DNA from: Octopus sinensis | Lineage: Eukaryota | Assembly: GCF_006345805.1 (NCBI RefSeq) | Contig: NW_021833710.1 | Location: forward strand, 23,371 to 87,370 | Direction: 5' to 3' | DNA length: 64,000 nt | In this document: positions 1 through 14,201 of the stretch, piece by piece | Layout of the letters: every line of letters begins with the position of its first letter | Position numbering within the stretch: position 1 is the stretch's first letter | The notes under the pieces: generated by a model | The model's input: only the letters and a program-made list of their open reading frames with translations | Told to the model about the DNA's origin: nothing | The model's database searches: none | Program-made: the position numbers and the translations under genes

Positions 1-990
1 ATTATGCAAATTGTTATTCTCTTCAAGTGAACATTTTTCCTGTTGAAATACACCGAAAAATGGTGACACAGCAGTCAAAAATCGTAAAAAATAGGGATTT
101 TCATAGAAAAAAGGCACCTTTTTGATGTAAATAATTTTTGGTGTTAACATGGTCCGATTTGAATTTTATCTTCTACAGAATGAAGAGCAAGCCTTCTTCT
201 ATCATACTCTTAATTTTGGTCAACTTGCGCTGCAGGGTCTCGAAGGAGATAGTGTTAGTTGAAGGCTACCAAACCTGCCACACACAGACAACTTCAGCTT
301 TATATATATATATATAGATTTGCTACACACTACTTTCCATCCTTAATAATGAAACTTGGTAGATCCAAAAGTTAAACACACAGACACCCAAGTTGTGTCT
401 TATATATATAGATTTCTCAACGGGGATTTCAGGGAAGAGTTTCAGGGAGTCGCTGGCGATGTATTGCGATGATCAAAAATCCGGGCTGCTAAAATTTGGT
501 TAAAGTGATTCAAACTGCAGACTCAACGCAAAATGGTCACATTTAATTCAAAGCGTTAAAAATGTTATGAAAACAATTGGTATGTGTTCACAAAGTCCAA
601 ACGATTAATACGAAAAAACCCCCCAGGCTACATCCCGAAAATTCATTTCTTTGCCGGAGTTCTACAATATTTACGGCGATTCGTTTTTATAACTTGATTT
701 TTTTATTTTTCATGCAATTTACGCATGCTTGCACCCGTGGTGAACACAGTTCACGTCAAACAGCTGACTGAGTAAAGTTCACTATTCAATGCATGGGATA
801 AGGCCTAAACAAACACATTATCGATTTTTGCACTTGCGAGATGAATTTCGGAACAGAAATAGCGCAGTTCAATTTTCATTCGCCTAAACTTTAAGTGACC
901 CATTTTTGGTGGTTCTACGATTTGTTGGCTAGGAGGAGATGTGCCGGGAAGTTAAACACACAGACACATAAGTTGAGTTATATATATTTA
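1..990 (+). mobile_element. Three stacked Helitron/Helentron-type non-autonomous element 3' ends
   Basis: Three similar termini ACACACAGAC...TTATATATA(TAGAT) end at about 319, 413 and 987. The same terminus style closes the element at 16960-17361. Family assignment is inference. Confidence 0.45.
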
Positions 991-1007
991 TATACATACA
1001 TATATAT

Positions 1008-1110
1008 CACCGTGATCACCGTGACCGTGGAGCTTTAGGTGTTTTCGCTCAATAAACACTCACAACGCCCGGTCTGGGAATCGAAACCGCGAGTCCGCTG
1101 CCATTGCGCC
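1008..1110 (-). mobile_element. Internally deleted tRNA-derived SINE (family C head, alternative tail)
   Basis: Matches the head and the CACCGTGACCG end of the longer copy at 63640-63919, with most of the body missing. Confidence 0.75.
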
Positions 1111-1426
1111 CCCCCCCCATATATATATATATATACTTGAATATTCATCGTTTGAAAATGTTCATTCTCTGCTTTCTCTCGATTTACGTGTGTGAGTGTG
1201 TGTTGTATATTATACCCCAGTAGTTTTATTTGTTCATTTGCATTATTGTCACCATATTTGCTCACTTGTATTCCTATTATAGCCACTCTTTCCTCAGCGG
1301 ACTTGTTACTCAGTAAATGTTTCGTAGTGTAAGTTCAAATCCTTTAAGCGCTACAAGTGTTTTCTATGTTGAGAATCTCATCTTTTGACTCTATTTCAGT
1401 ACGTTTTTGTACATATATATATGCAC

Positions 1427-1457
<31 letters not shown>

Positions 1458-1599
1458 TATACGTATATATGTACATATACGCATATATATGTACATCTCT
1501 TACATTAAAAAAAAAAATTACATATCTTACTTTTTTTATGCATGTATGAGCTGCTCCTCTCTTTAACTTTGGCTGGCAATCTATCTAGGAAAAGGAAAT

Positions 1600-1672
1600 C
1601 TCCAAAATAAAACATGAGTCCTTGGAAGTTTTCTTTTACCCAAAACCAGGAACTTTTCAGCACCCCCTCATA
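1600..1672 (-). mobile_element. Solo mariner-type terminal inverted repeat remnant
   Basis: Reverse complement reads TA-TGAGGGGGTGCTGAAAAGTTCC, resembling the TIR of the MITE at 60943. No partner TIR was found. Confidence 0.4.
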
Positions 1673-3006
1673 TATAATATGTATCGATGCTTTTCCATCG
1701 ATTTTGACCATGAGAATTCAGTTCGATCACGTGAATTTCTTGTACATTATATTAGCTTGTAAGTTGTTGCGCATGCTACAGACACTTCTATAGTGATCTT
1801 AATTCTCAAGCAGAATGAACATGGGTCAACGAGTCACAAGGCTATGACTAAATGATAAATCCGCTGGACTTCTAAGTAATTTCACTAACGAATTACGGGT
1901 CGACATAGCTTTAGAAAATGACATCTGTACATAATGCTACACTATGGGATTGGAACCCAGATCTGGTGGTGCAGTGTGAGCCTCTTAACTATTCTGTTAT
2001 ATTCCGCTTTTACGCTTAAGTAATTTTAATGTGATTTCTTGGATAACCATGTTATTACTTATCCTCAGTGAAAAATATATAATCACTGTATCATAGGATT
2101 TTCTTTTTCGGTTCTCTTACAAAACGAGACTATATTTTGTGCGTTTATTTAAATGCTATATTTTACATTATATTTCAAACTACTGCCCCGCAAAAAGAAA
2201 AAAAAAATACTTAGAAACAAAAATCATTTAACGTAAAGTATACTAGCCATCTCAGTATGGCTAACCACTAAGGGTGGGTGTTACTGTAGCTTTTAGCCCC
2301 AGGAGATCATTTAATTAATTATAAACACAAAGCATTGCGTTGGAAGGATCGGTACCGTGTTGGACAAGATGCATAGTGGTATTTCTTCTGGCTCTTTACG
2401 TTCTGAGTTCAAAAACTGCCGACGTCAACTTTGCTTTTCATTCTTTTGTGTGTCGATAAAATATAGTACTAGACAAGTATTGGGTTTCTTGTAATTGATT
2501 AACCCAGCTGTCCACACCCTCGCCAACAAATGCTAGTCTTGTGCGAAAATTAGAGTCAATTATAAAATAAGTTCCTTCAGACATTTACATATATTTTCGA
2601 GTGTATGGATGAGGGGGAAAGTGAGTGGAGCGAGAGAAAATGACAGAGAGGGACCGGAGATGTAGACAGAGGATGTGTAAGTATTGTATAACTATTTATT
2701 GTGCGTCTCTGTGTCTGTGTGTAAGGTCTTTGTCTAGAAATAGTATTAGACAGGAGAAATGAATGAAAGTAATGTTTGAGTATTTGATGAGATTGTGTGA
2801 AAGAAAGACAGGGAATGAGTAAAAGAGAGGATGGAATATAGGCGATAAAACAACAATTACCACTGCTGTTGCTGCTGCTACTACTACCGTTGCAAGAATT
2901 AGTGACTGAGCAGGCGGGTAAATGATAATACAAAAGTAGAGATAAAGAGAAGATATGGAGAAAGAGAGATAAAGGCGTATGAGGAGTTAAGGATGGAAAC
3001 AGACAT

Positions 3007-3039
<33 letters not shown>

Positions 3040-4454
3040 GAGAGAGAGAGAGGTAAAGAGAAAGAAAGAGGAGATTGACAGCATTCATGCTACTTTAGAG
3101 AAGGAGTTGGAGGGAGGGAAAAAGCGCGCGAGAAGGAAGTGGGGGAAACTATATTCTATTCTATAAGCAATACATTAGCCAACAGGTTAGGTAATAAGTT
3201 ATGTAATACATTTATTAATAGCTAATGTTTTTATATTAAGTAACAATTTTGAGTAATGCATTAAATACATTACGGTAATCGATACATTAACAAATACTTA
3301 TATAATCCGTTAAGTTATGTTAAGCTACTTGTTATGTAATAGATCAAGAAATATATTAAGTTATACTTATGTAATGCGATAATATGGAATATAATATACT
3401 AAATAATACGTTAAATTAACTGCTGTTTAATACCTTAAGCTCTACACTTAATAATACGTTATTTATTACTTATTCAGTGAATTATAATATGTGAAAGAAC
3501 GCATTAACCAATACGAATGAACTACTATTTTAAATGATAGTTTCTTATCATAGATTCACATAATCACCTATATGAACACACACACACACACACATACACA
3601 CACACACACACACATACACATACACACGCACATACACTCACAGATGAACGTGTATAATAATACAATCTCAAACACACGTGCATCTTTTGTAAGGATATAC
3701 AGAAGAAAATTTTTTTTCTTCCATTAGGCGAAGCTCACACACACATAGATGTCTATGGTGTACAAACGACTCAATTGACCACAGAAAAATGACTAGTACT
3801 TATTATTTCAACTAACACCCTCTTGTCAAGGAGCAGAAAACAAAGGCGGGACATGAACTAGAAAAAAATAGAAAGGATGATAGGACGGTTTTTTTCAAGT
3901 TGAGCAAACTAGCAGAAGGAGACGGTTGGATAAAACAGCCGAGAACTGTAATGATAGTTGTTCTGATAGTGGAGGTAACCGTGTATTCTACTCCCAGAAA
4001 CAGTTGGTAGAAATGATGGGTAGTTTGACGGAGGTTCATATGTTTAACAGTATATTTTTCATGGACCCAAAATTTACCTCTAAACGAAGGAAAGCATATT
4101 TAACTTTGACTCTTGCTTTACATGTTTATTTTTGCTTTTTATTCTGGAAGGAAGGCAATGACTATGACCCTGTACAAGTTATTCGAGAATGCTAAGGAGA
4201 AAATATTCTTAAACTGGAGATCTGCGTGCACTAAAGTTGACTCCAGTGAAATTATCCAAGATGTCAGGTGGTGGCGTTAAAAATGACAACATATCAAGTC
4301 TACCACCTGAATAAACTATGGTGAGATTTGCACTGAATGTACAAAAGGCTGGAATAGATGCTTCAAAAATAAAAAAAAGACAAAGGTAAAATAAAAGAAC
4401 GTGGCAGACTTTTATGACATTTGTTTTGCTTATGGCTCCTCCTAGCGATAAGAA

Positions 4455-4778
4455 CACTCCGTCGGTTACGACGACGAGGGTCCCAGCTGATACAATCAAC
4501 GGAACAGCTTGCTAGTGAAATTAACGTGCAAGTGGCTGAGCATTCCACAGACACGTGTACCCTTAACGTAGTTCTCAGGGACATTCAGCGTGACACAGAG
4601 TGTGACAAGGCTGACACTTTTTTGAAATACAGGTACTACTCATTTTTACCAGCTGAGTGGACTGGAGCAACGTGAAATAAAGTGTCTTGCTCAAGGACAA
4701 AACGCGTCACCGGGAATCGAACTCATAACCTTACGATCATGAGCCGAATGCCCTAACCACTAAGCCACGTGCCCTCAC
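4455..4778 (-). mobile_element. tRNA-derived SINE family D (CORE-like middle; probably one of the octopus OR-type families)
   Basis: A-box/B-box-like head (GGCTTAGTGGTTAGG...GAGTTCGATTCC), then CCTTGAGCAAGACACTT and the tail GTAACCGACGGAGTG. A 10-bp TSD CTAGCGATAA lies at 4442-4451 and 4783-4792. Confidence 0.85.
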
Positions 4779-5527
4779 CCGGCTAGCGATAACGTTTAAC
4801 GTTAGAGAAAACATAAATAGAGAGGATGGTTTTTACTTGTACAGAGAAAAGAGCATGATATTTTGAATGAAAGATGAAAGAGACGAGAAATGATTGAATG
4901 AGAAGTAATGGGTATGTTCAGTATGCCTGATTGGGAAGTGTAAGGATATCGCTAGTCTAGAGGGGTCACCCCAGTTTTGTAGCTAGACCATTTGTGTATT
5001 AAATGTAGTGTGTTTAAATGCATAAATCATTAAGTGGAGAGGCTTCAACTCAGAAGTTTAGGAGTTTTACAGTGTGAAATTAACCCTTACTCACAACTAC
5101 TGCCAGTTCTCAGTTAGCTCGGTTACATAGTATCTGTCGAAGACCATAGTTATAGATAATAAAGCAGAATATGGTCTTGTGTCTACGATATAGACGACAA
5201 CGAAGATAGCTGGCTCGCAAACATACTTTGTACAAGATCGCTGGTTTTTATGACAAGATCTGATGCCATGTGAACCAGTTTTCTGCTTAAGAATTATATA
5301 GGCACAGTACCGTATGTTCAAGCTCGAAAGAGCAGCAGACAGCTAGAGAGTACTAAATAAATCGAAACAAAGCAACAAAATCACTAGCAATCAGGTTTTG
5401 GGCAAGGATATCCATAATTGTGACACATGCAAAACAGATATGGACCAAGAAGACAGAAGAACGAGATTCAAACGGCCGTTCTTGTTATATATCTAAACAG
5501 CAGTGTCCTATAGATTAGTGATTCACA

Positions 5528-5935
5528 GTGTGGTAAGTAGCTTGTCTACCAACCACATGGTTCCGGGTTCAGTCCCACTGCGTGGCACCTTGAGAAAGTG
5601 TCTTCTACTATAGCCTCGGGCCGACCAAAGCCTTGTGAGTGGATTTGGTAGACGGAAACTGAAAGAAGCCCGTCGTATATATGTATATATATATATATAT
5701 ATATATGCGTGTGTGTTTGTGTGTCTGTGTTTGTCCCCTAGCATTGCTTGACAACCAATGCTGGTGTGTTTATGTCCCCGTTACTTAGCGGTTCGGCAAA
5801 AGAGACCGATAGAATAAGTACTGGCCTTACAAAAGAATAAGTCCCGGGGTTCGAGTTGCTCGATTAAAGGCGGTGCTCCAGCATGGCCACAGTCAAATGA
5901 CTGAAACAAGTAAAAGAGTAAAAGAGTAAAGAGTA
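5528..5935 (+). mobile_element. SINE family A, 5'-clipped
   Basis: GTGTGGTAAGTAGCTTG head, internal (TA)n/(TG)n, and 3' tail CCAGCATGGCC...GAAACAAGTAAAAGAG(TAAAAGAG)n. More than ten copies occur in the window. Confidence 0.9.
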
Positions 5936-7262
5936 TGATATGTTTATATATTCAAACTGGAAATGCCTAAAATATTTTCTTCAGAATAATGAGTGCAAAA
6001 GGATTGGCTTCATCTTGTAATATGAATAAGTATAAGAAATATCCAATATAAATGAATTACTGTCATCTATAATTAATTCAATTAATTGCTTGTCCGTCGT
6101 TTCTCTCCTTCCCTATTTCTCTCTCTCTCCCCCCCTCTCTCTCTCTCTACACACACACATAAGTATATTTATATTTTCATTTGTTTTTAATCAAGCAGGA
6201 GTCTAGTTGTTTTGCGAGAGATATCATGTAAGTGATTGATATAGACTCCTCTCATATTTTTACTGGATCCAATAAACGATTTAGTCGGCCACACTGTAAT
6301 CAGCTTAATCAACGAAGAAGCTCGACATGGTCCTCTGATTTGTTAGCTATAAAAACCAAGTTTCATTGTTATTGTTCGATGCCATCAGAAAATGGAAGAG
6401 GACACATTAAGTAGAAAAACCCCAAAAGAGACAAAATGGTCATGAAGGGAATACCTTGAGCATTGGTTTGCACGATTATGTCTTTTGCGGCTAAACAACT
6501 CTAAAAATAACCATGTAGATTTGTACTCTGAACCAAGTCAGTTATTATATTTAATTGGTTCGGTTTTCCTCCTTCTCGATTTTGGACTTCTTTCCACTTA
6601 GTGATATTTTAGGGAATATAGATATTTGTGGAAAAAGCAGATATTCACACGTTCACACGTTCACATACACTTCCAATATCCTACACGGATACATATTTTC
6701 AGTATCTGTCTGTCTGTTTGTCTCAATTATATTTTTATGTAAAAATATACACAAACACATGCACGCATGCACACACATATACCTGTACTAAAAAGTATGT
6801 GTAGACTTTCAACTTAATTTTTTTCTTTGATGCAAGCAATCTTTCCTTCACCTCCTCTCTCTCTCTCTCTCCCTCTGTGTGTGTATGAGCGTGCGCGCGC
6901 GCGCGCGTGTGTGTGTGTGCTTATGTGTATATTTTTATAACAGAATGACTTGTTGGCACAGCTCCACGTTACTAAACATTTCGCGGCCGCAAATTGTGAT
7001 GTTCGGACTCTGATTCTGCACTCTTGTCTTTTAGAGATGCCTTGACGAGTTTAGTCGATGGAAACGACCTTACTACTTATGTTTTAAAATCCCCAACTTA
7101 ATCCAGCTTTTTTTTTTCTGGATATTATCTGTACATAAACACACGAACACTGGTTGATAGGTGGTGTGAAGCAAACGCAAACACGCACTCTCACGTGCAT
7201 ATATATATATATATATATATAAGTGTTTTTCATAAAACCACATGAGCATTCACACACACACA

Positions 7263-7435
7263 TGAAGGCACGTGGAATAGTGGTTAGAGTATGCAGCTCA
7301 TGATCGTAAAGTTGTGGGTTTGCATACCTGCGGAGTGCTTGGCTAGTTGCATGATAATTTCACTTGCATGTTAATTTTGGGATCAGCAGTCAACGTAGTA
7401 ACCGATCAGCAGTCAACGTAGAAACCGACGGAGTG
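7263..7435 (+). mobile_element. Degenerate SINE family D with internal deletion
   Basis: Diverged head GAAGGCACGTGGAATAGTGGTTAG and tail AACCGACGGAGTG. A 23-bp tandem duplication lies near the tail. Confidence 0.6.
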
Positions 7436-7443
7436 CCAGAAAG

Positions 7444-7477
<34 letters not shown>

Positions 7478-7708
7478 GATGAATCTGTAAATTGTTTCCA
7501 ACCACTAAATTTTGGGCCCAAGCGCAAAAAAGTATCATAGTTCAAACTACTGCGCAGTGAGACTGAACTTGAAACCACATGATTGAAAAGCGAAGTTCAT
7601 TTCCACACAGCTAAGCCCTCGCCTATTTTCATTCGAATTGTCTATTCCGTAAACACGTATTTAGTCTTCCGCCGTTGCGCCGACTGACCTTTACTTTCTC
7701 CTCCCTCC

Positions 7709-7754
<46 letters not shown>

Positions 7755-8472
7755 CCATCTTCCAGACACACACGCTGATACAGGAACACACTACAATGTC
7801 TCTCTCTCTCTTCTATACATTCCCTCACACTTTCTCATTCCCTCTCATATTCTTGTCTTTCACGCAGATGACATACGCACACACTAACTCGTAATTGATC
7901 TCTGTCTTTCATACACTAACATACACACACAGACACATACACAGGCGTATACGCACACATACACACACATACACGCGTTCTCGCACACAGAATTTTTTAT
8001 TTTCTCTCTCCTTTCTTTCACATACAATTCAGTTGGTCGTTAGTTTTCTGTTTATGCCTCACACCTCTTTCTCTCTGATTTCCGACTCACTGTTATGCTT
8101 ATACGAACATGCCAAAGCCTTTGCTAACAACCTATAATCTCTCTCTATCATTTTTGCACTTCCAAACGCACGCACATACTTGCACAAGCTTGGTCTCAAA
8201 CACTCATGTGCACACACGCATGCTTGCACACACAAGCGCGCACACCCCACACGCACAGAAACACAAACACATACACAGGAACAGCTACGAAATCAATGAC
8301 GGTGACTGTCTCACAAGCTCCATCCCTTTCAGAATTACATTCGTTATTCTTCCCTGTCCCTTTCCTTTATTCCCACTATTCTTCACATAAAAACAACTGC
8401 TAACACGATGAATCTCCTCCTCCTCTACCCTTCTTTCCATCTCTGTAACACACCCAAACATAACTTACACAC

Positions 8473-8850
8473 GGCGCAATGGCCCAGTGGTTAGAGCAGC
8501 GGACTCGCGGTCGTAGGATCGCGGTTTCGATTCTCAGACCGGGCGTTGTGTGTGTTTATTGAGCGAAAACATCTAAAAGCTCCACGAGGCTCCGGCAGGG
8601 ATGGTGCTGATCCCTGCTGTACTCTTTCACCACAACTTTCTCTCACTCTTACTTCCTGTTTCTGTTGTACCTGTATTTCAAAGGGCCGGCCTTGTCACTC
8701 TCTGTGTCACGCTGAGTATCCCCGAGAACTACGTTAAGGGTACACGTGTCTGTGGAGTGCTCAGCCACTTACACGTTAATTTCACGAGCAGGCTGTTCCG
8801 TTGATCGGATCAACCGGAACCCTCATCGTCGTAACCGACGGAGTGCTTCC
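8473..8850 (+). mobile_element. tRNA-derived SINE family C (tRNA-Arg-like head), full length
   Basis: GGCGCAATGGCCCAGTGGTTAGAGCAGCGGACTCGCGG...GGTTTCGATTC head. Near-identical to 44068-44452. Its 3' half is shared with family D. Confidence 0.9.
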
Positions 8851-10113
8851 ACCACCACATACACATTCAAAGAAACACGTGCACAAAACCAAATATATAA
8901 ACACTCTAAATCATTTTAATTCAGGCCGATATTTCCGCCTTGAAACTGACATGTTTATACCATGCAAATTAGATTGTTGTTAGATATATGCTCTGTCTTT
9001 TGAGCGCTCTGAGTTCAAATCCTAACAAGTTTAAGTTTGTCTTCATTCCATTGTCGGCCGAAAAGTTTAAATACCGGTTTTTATGGTGGAATGGTTGAAC
9101 TTTTAAGAGCGTCGGACGAAATTCCTTACGGCCATGTTAGAAAACTTTGCATTCTGTATTTATACAAATACCAACTGAGGAGTCTCATTGAACACTTGCA
9201 GAAATTCTCTCCATTCTTGGAAAATATAATTTTTCTATGGATGTATTTATGGGCGGTAGTAGACTCTAAACGTTTTTAGGTTTGATACCACTTCCTGGAT
9301 CGTCTTGATGGGTTATTTTAGTTGCAATTCTTTGGGCTAGGTCTCCAGTTTAAAGGCAATTTTTATATTTTCGCCTACCCGTTTCGGAGGCCCTGAAGAA
9401 AATGGGACCCCATCACATTCCGTTTCACTGTATTGATGACTGAGCATTTCATATGCAATTGCATATTTTATGTAGTTCTCAGGTAGAGACAAAGTAACAA
9501 TGTTTATTACAAAGCCCTGACATTACGGGTACAATGTCAGTTATGGGTGCAGTCTATCCGATGAGTTCTCATACTTTCTTTCCAGCGAGGCTTTGGTAAA
9601 ACACTCTTGCTAAATATGCAAATTAGAATCTAACCTGGCATCTAATGACTGTGAAGCGAAATTATAGACTGGAATTTATTTTAACTCCATTGGAAAGAAG
9701 ACAGTCAATCTTAATTTGATTCGAACTCCGAATGAAAAGGCATTTTATCCGGTGCTTTACTTATTGTAATGATCTTTTCAACTATAGGCGTAAGGGGTGA
9801 AATTCTAGAAGAGGGGGGGGTAGTCTTTTATGTCGGCCCTAGTGTTCAACTGATTCTCGCTTCTTCAGCATCGAAAGGATGAAAGGTAAAGACGACCTCG
9901 GCGAAATTTGGACTCAGAACATAAAACTGGACAAAACGCCATTAAGCATTTTGTTTGGTGTGCTAACGATTTTGCGAGTTAAGGAATCGAAAGAGGAAAG
10001 AATGTGGAGCGAGAAAGGAGAAAAACAGTCAAGAAGACAGAGTTGATGACGGTGAGAGATAAAACAAGATAGAACTAAGGCTAGAGATAGGAAAGAAGGT
10101 AAAATAATAGATA

Positions 10114-10460
10114 TCTTGGGCAAGTGTCTTCTGCTATAGCTCCGGGCCGACCAATGCCTTGTGAGTGGATTTGGTAGACGGAAACTGAAAGAAGCCTGTC
10201 GTATATATGTATATATATATATATGTATGTGTGTGTGTTGTTTGTGTGTCTGTGTTTGTACCCCTAGCATTGCTTGACAACCGATGCTGGTGTGTTTACG
10301 TCCCCGTCACTTCGCGGTTCGGCAAAAAGAGACCGATAGAATAAGTACTGGGCTTACAAAAAGAATAAGTCCCGGGGTCGATTTGCACGACTAAAGGCGG
10401 TGCTCCAGCATGGCCGCAGTCAAATGACTGAAACAAGTAAAAGAGTAAAAGAGTAAAGAG
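10114..10460 (+). mobile_element. SINE family A, 5'-truncated
   Basis: Starts at CTTGGGCAAGTGTC and ends in the (AAAGAGT)n tail. Confidence 0.9.
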
Positions 10461-11317
10461 AGACAGATAGATAAACAGAAAGACTGAGAAGGCTAGAAAG
10501 GTTCAATAATTCTCTATAGAAATTTTTCCTTCCTAACCTGAATATTGTCTTTGACAAATCATCAGTTAATGCACTCTGTATCACACACTCAAATACACAC
10601 AGATATATATATACACACGCGCAAAATTATTCATGGATTCATAGAAGACTAGACGATTATAGCTTTAACACAATATTTATTGAGACGTAAAATAAGAAAA
10701 GTCTCTGGAAAAATCATAAAAACAATAAGAAAAAGTATAAAGTATAGAAGTACCCCCCTGTGGAAGGAACAAATAAGAATTTTACTTTTCGGACAGGGGG
10801 TCATCTTCAAGTACGTTAATAGATTATATTGCGGAATGTAGTGTATTCGGAGTAAAACCAGCACAGTGGATGCTTAACGGTAGCTGTTATAGCGGAAATG
10901 TTTAGAATTGGCTTTTATACAGCTACCAAAATGAATAAAAATTGGTTAGAAATAAGAAATATGTATATTATACATTTATCTGTCTGGGTAAGCGTGTGGG
11001 GTTGCATGAATGGGCATGTAGTGAGAATGTGTGTAGAATTTTGGAAAGCTGAAAGAGACAGCGATGATGTGCTTTGCTGTACGAGCTGAACAAGTAAGTG
11101 TTATGTACCATGGAAAGGATCGGATGGTGTGTGATGGTGTGTGTGTGTGTGTGTGTAAGTGTGTGTATGTGTGTGTATGTGTATGTGTGTGTATGTGTAT
11201 GTGTGTATATGTGTATGTGTGTGTAAAACAATATTTTCTCCTTAACACTCGTCACACTGATTATCATAGTCCTTGCACTTCAATCTCCTCTCTTTCACAT
11301 ACACACTCACATATGCA

Positions 11318-11475
11318 CACGACGGGCTTCTTTCAATTTCCCTCTACGAAATCCACTCACAAGGCTTTGGTCGGCCCGAGGCTATAGTAGAAGACACTTG
11401 CCCAAGGTGCCACGCAGTGGGACTGAATCCCGGAACCATATGGTTCGTAAGCAATCTACTTACCCAACAGCCATT
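11318..11475 (-). mobile_element. SINE family A, 5' half
   Basis: Reverse complement of the family A head and CORE-like segment. Confidence 0.8.
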
Positions 11476-12095
11476 AGAGAGATCAAATGTTTCTGCAGCA
11501 TATTATCTCTCTCCAACCATTCAGCGTTGGCTATACAAATACCAACAGAGGAGGCTCATTGAGCACTTGCAGAAATTCTCTCCATCATTCTGGGAAAATA
11601 TAATTTCTCTATGGATGCAACCCCACCACCAAAAAAAAAAGTAATTTCATAAGAAGTCATTTCTCATTAAATAAATTAATACATGCTCTACAAAATGAAT
11701 TGAGTGCCTTACTTAAATCCCTTCCGTTTGTAACAGAAATTAAAACACAACTGTTAATTTTTTGCATGTGAATACGTGCGTATGCCTGAGTACATAGAGA
11801 TTACGCGTCTATTCGGAAGTTCACGGATAACTTCTATAATCTATATAATATAATACACAAACACACACACATACACATATAAATATTCCGCTAGAATATT
11901 TTTGCGGACACCGCCAATATAGGGGGCATTCAGTTTTATCATAAATGGTATGAAACTGAGTATGACCAATTGGTTGATAATTGATGAAGAATTAGGGACC
12001 TTCTGTGTTTGACTCCTGTCCGGTTGTACACTCAGTTTACGTTATGTCGTTTGTTTATTTTTCATACATTTCTTTACTTATTACACAGACACACA

Positions 12096-12129
<34 letters not shown>

Positions 12130-12380
12130 ATAAGAAATGGCATACATACCAGCTCATAAAAGCATAGCAAAATCTCTCTCTCTTTCCCCCTCTCTCTCTC
12201 CCCCAATCACTCTCTCCCCCAATCACTCTCTCTCTATCTATCTATCGATCTAGATACAGTGTACATTTAAGCACATAAAAGGTATCCGTCATAGGATTCC
12301 TGGCAAGCTAGAAGGAACAGCCAAAATCCAAACCACTATTAGGGATGAACTTCAAAGGAAATGAAAACTGAAAATAATTA

Positions 12381-12385
<5 letters not shown>

Positions 12386-12433
<48 letters not shown>

Positions 12434-12453
12434 CTATCTATCATCTATCTACA

Positions 12454-12503
<50 letters not shown>

Positions 12504-12547
12504 CCTACCTACCAACCTATCTCTATTTATCTATCTATCTATCTATC

Positions 12548-12583
<36 letters not shown>

Positions 12584-12630
12584 CCTACCTACCTATCTAT
12601 ATATATATATGTATCTATCTGTCTGTCTCT
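12386..12630. repeat. (TC)n plus (TATC)n microsatellite
   Basis: Direct inspection. Confidence 0.95.
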
Positions 12631-13189
12631 CTATATATACATACAAGTTTTCATACATACACAACAGACGCACACACACACACACATATATATATATAGA
12701 CCAATATACACATGCGCATACCTACGTACATATGTTCATACATATACACATATATATACACAACAACAGGGATAGCAAATGAACGCAGACATATATATGA
12801 AGATGGAAACGCACATGCAAACGAAAGTGGGAAAGATATAATATTGATGTTTTTAAATATTTTTATTTTCTGCTGACTCGGTTATAATCCATCACTGAAG
12901 CCTAGTTCGTGTCGCTTTATATCTACCTGCTCATCTATTTGCATTAGCATATAAGTTTCTCTATTAATTTATCCACTTATTTCTCCGTCCATGTACATAT
13001 TTTCCTTTGTGTTCTCTTGGTTTATCTATGTTTAATATCTGTATGCGCATAACTTCGCCAGTTCGTTTGCTCGTATGACCTCTCTCAGTCCAGTCAACAC
13101 ATTTTCATATTTCTGCTTATTAATTTATCTTTCCGTAGGACTTTTAGACCGTCCATGCACATACACAGAATTATACACACACGTATGTA

Positions 13190-13372
<183 letters not shown>

Positions 13373-13376
13373 CATA

Positions 13377-13610
13377 GGAGGGCGTTAAGCTGGCAGAACC
13401 GTTAGCACGCCGGGCGAAATGCTTAGCGGTATTTCGCCTGCCGTTGCGTTCTGAGCTCAAATTCCGCCAAGATCGACTTTGCCTTTCATTCTTTCGGGGT
13501 CGATAAATTAAGTACCAGTTACGCACTGGGGTCGATATAATCGACCTAATACGTTTGTCTGTCCTTGTTTGTCCCCTCTATGTTTAGCCCCTTGTGGGCA
13601 GTAAAGAAAT

Positions 13611-13611
<1 letters not shown>
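13377..13611 (+). mobile_element. SINE family B, long-tail form
   Basis: GCTGGCAGAACCGTTAGCACGCCGGGCG head, central GCCTTTCATTCTTTCGGGGTCGATAAATTAAGTACCAG, tail TTGTGGGCAGTAAAGAAATA. Confidence 0.9.
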
Positions 13612-13658
<47 letters not shown>

Positions 13659-14201
13659 GTGTGTCTTTGTGTCAGTGTTTGACTCCACATCACAGTTTCA
13701 GAACCGGCGTTGGTGTGTTTACATCCTCGTAACCTAACGATTCGGCAAAAGAAACTGATAGATTAAGTATTAGGCGATGCTCCAGAATGGCCGCAGTCAA
13801 AATGACTGAAACAAGTAAAAGAGTACAGCATTATTCTCACTCCAACCTGTTACTATTTGTAGCATTGATGTTCATTTAGTTGATAGTCGTGCAAGGTACA
13901 CATTCCTGTGCATTTTCTTCGAGGTTTTACTAATCCAGGTTGGTAAAACGAACTATTAGGTAGTCCTTGTTTAAGTATACTGTAGACGTGGCATCATAAG
14001 ACCTCAGGCTACATAACAGTAGGGTTTGCGTTGAAATAATATATTACTATCATTCTGATGTCATTTTAACTTTGAATGATCCTTTTATATATGAAGAGAA
14101 CAGACTATTTTATACGCTTAGTGACAAAAAAACAACTTTAATCAGGTTAGGATGCATTCACGCTTTTGACCACACGTCTTCAGGACACTATGTTACCCTA
14201 C

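Noticed and set aside
3812-4440. Coding-looking block with a TANL-like motif (FCTFSANL) suggesting a glutamate receptor
   Set aside because: The ORF start lies inside a SINE, neighbouring frames are full of stops and no further receptor motifs are present. An ancient LINE relic is more likely, but I cannot support that either.
5523-5744. Recurrent ORFs ending RRASFSFRLPNPLTRLWSARGYSRRHLPK and similar
   Set aside because: These are read-throughs of family A SINE copies, not a gene family.
8473-8545. tRNA-like sequences with A and B boxes (also at 4700-4778, 14202, 44068 and 63850)
   Set aside because: They are SINE heads continuing into SINE bodies with tails and TSDs, and I could not fold a complete cloverleaf.
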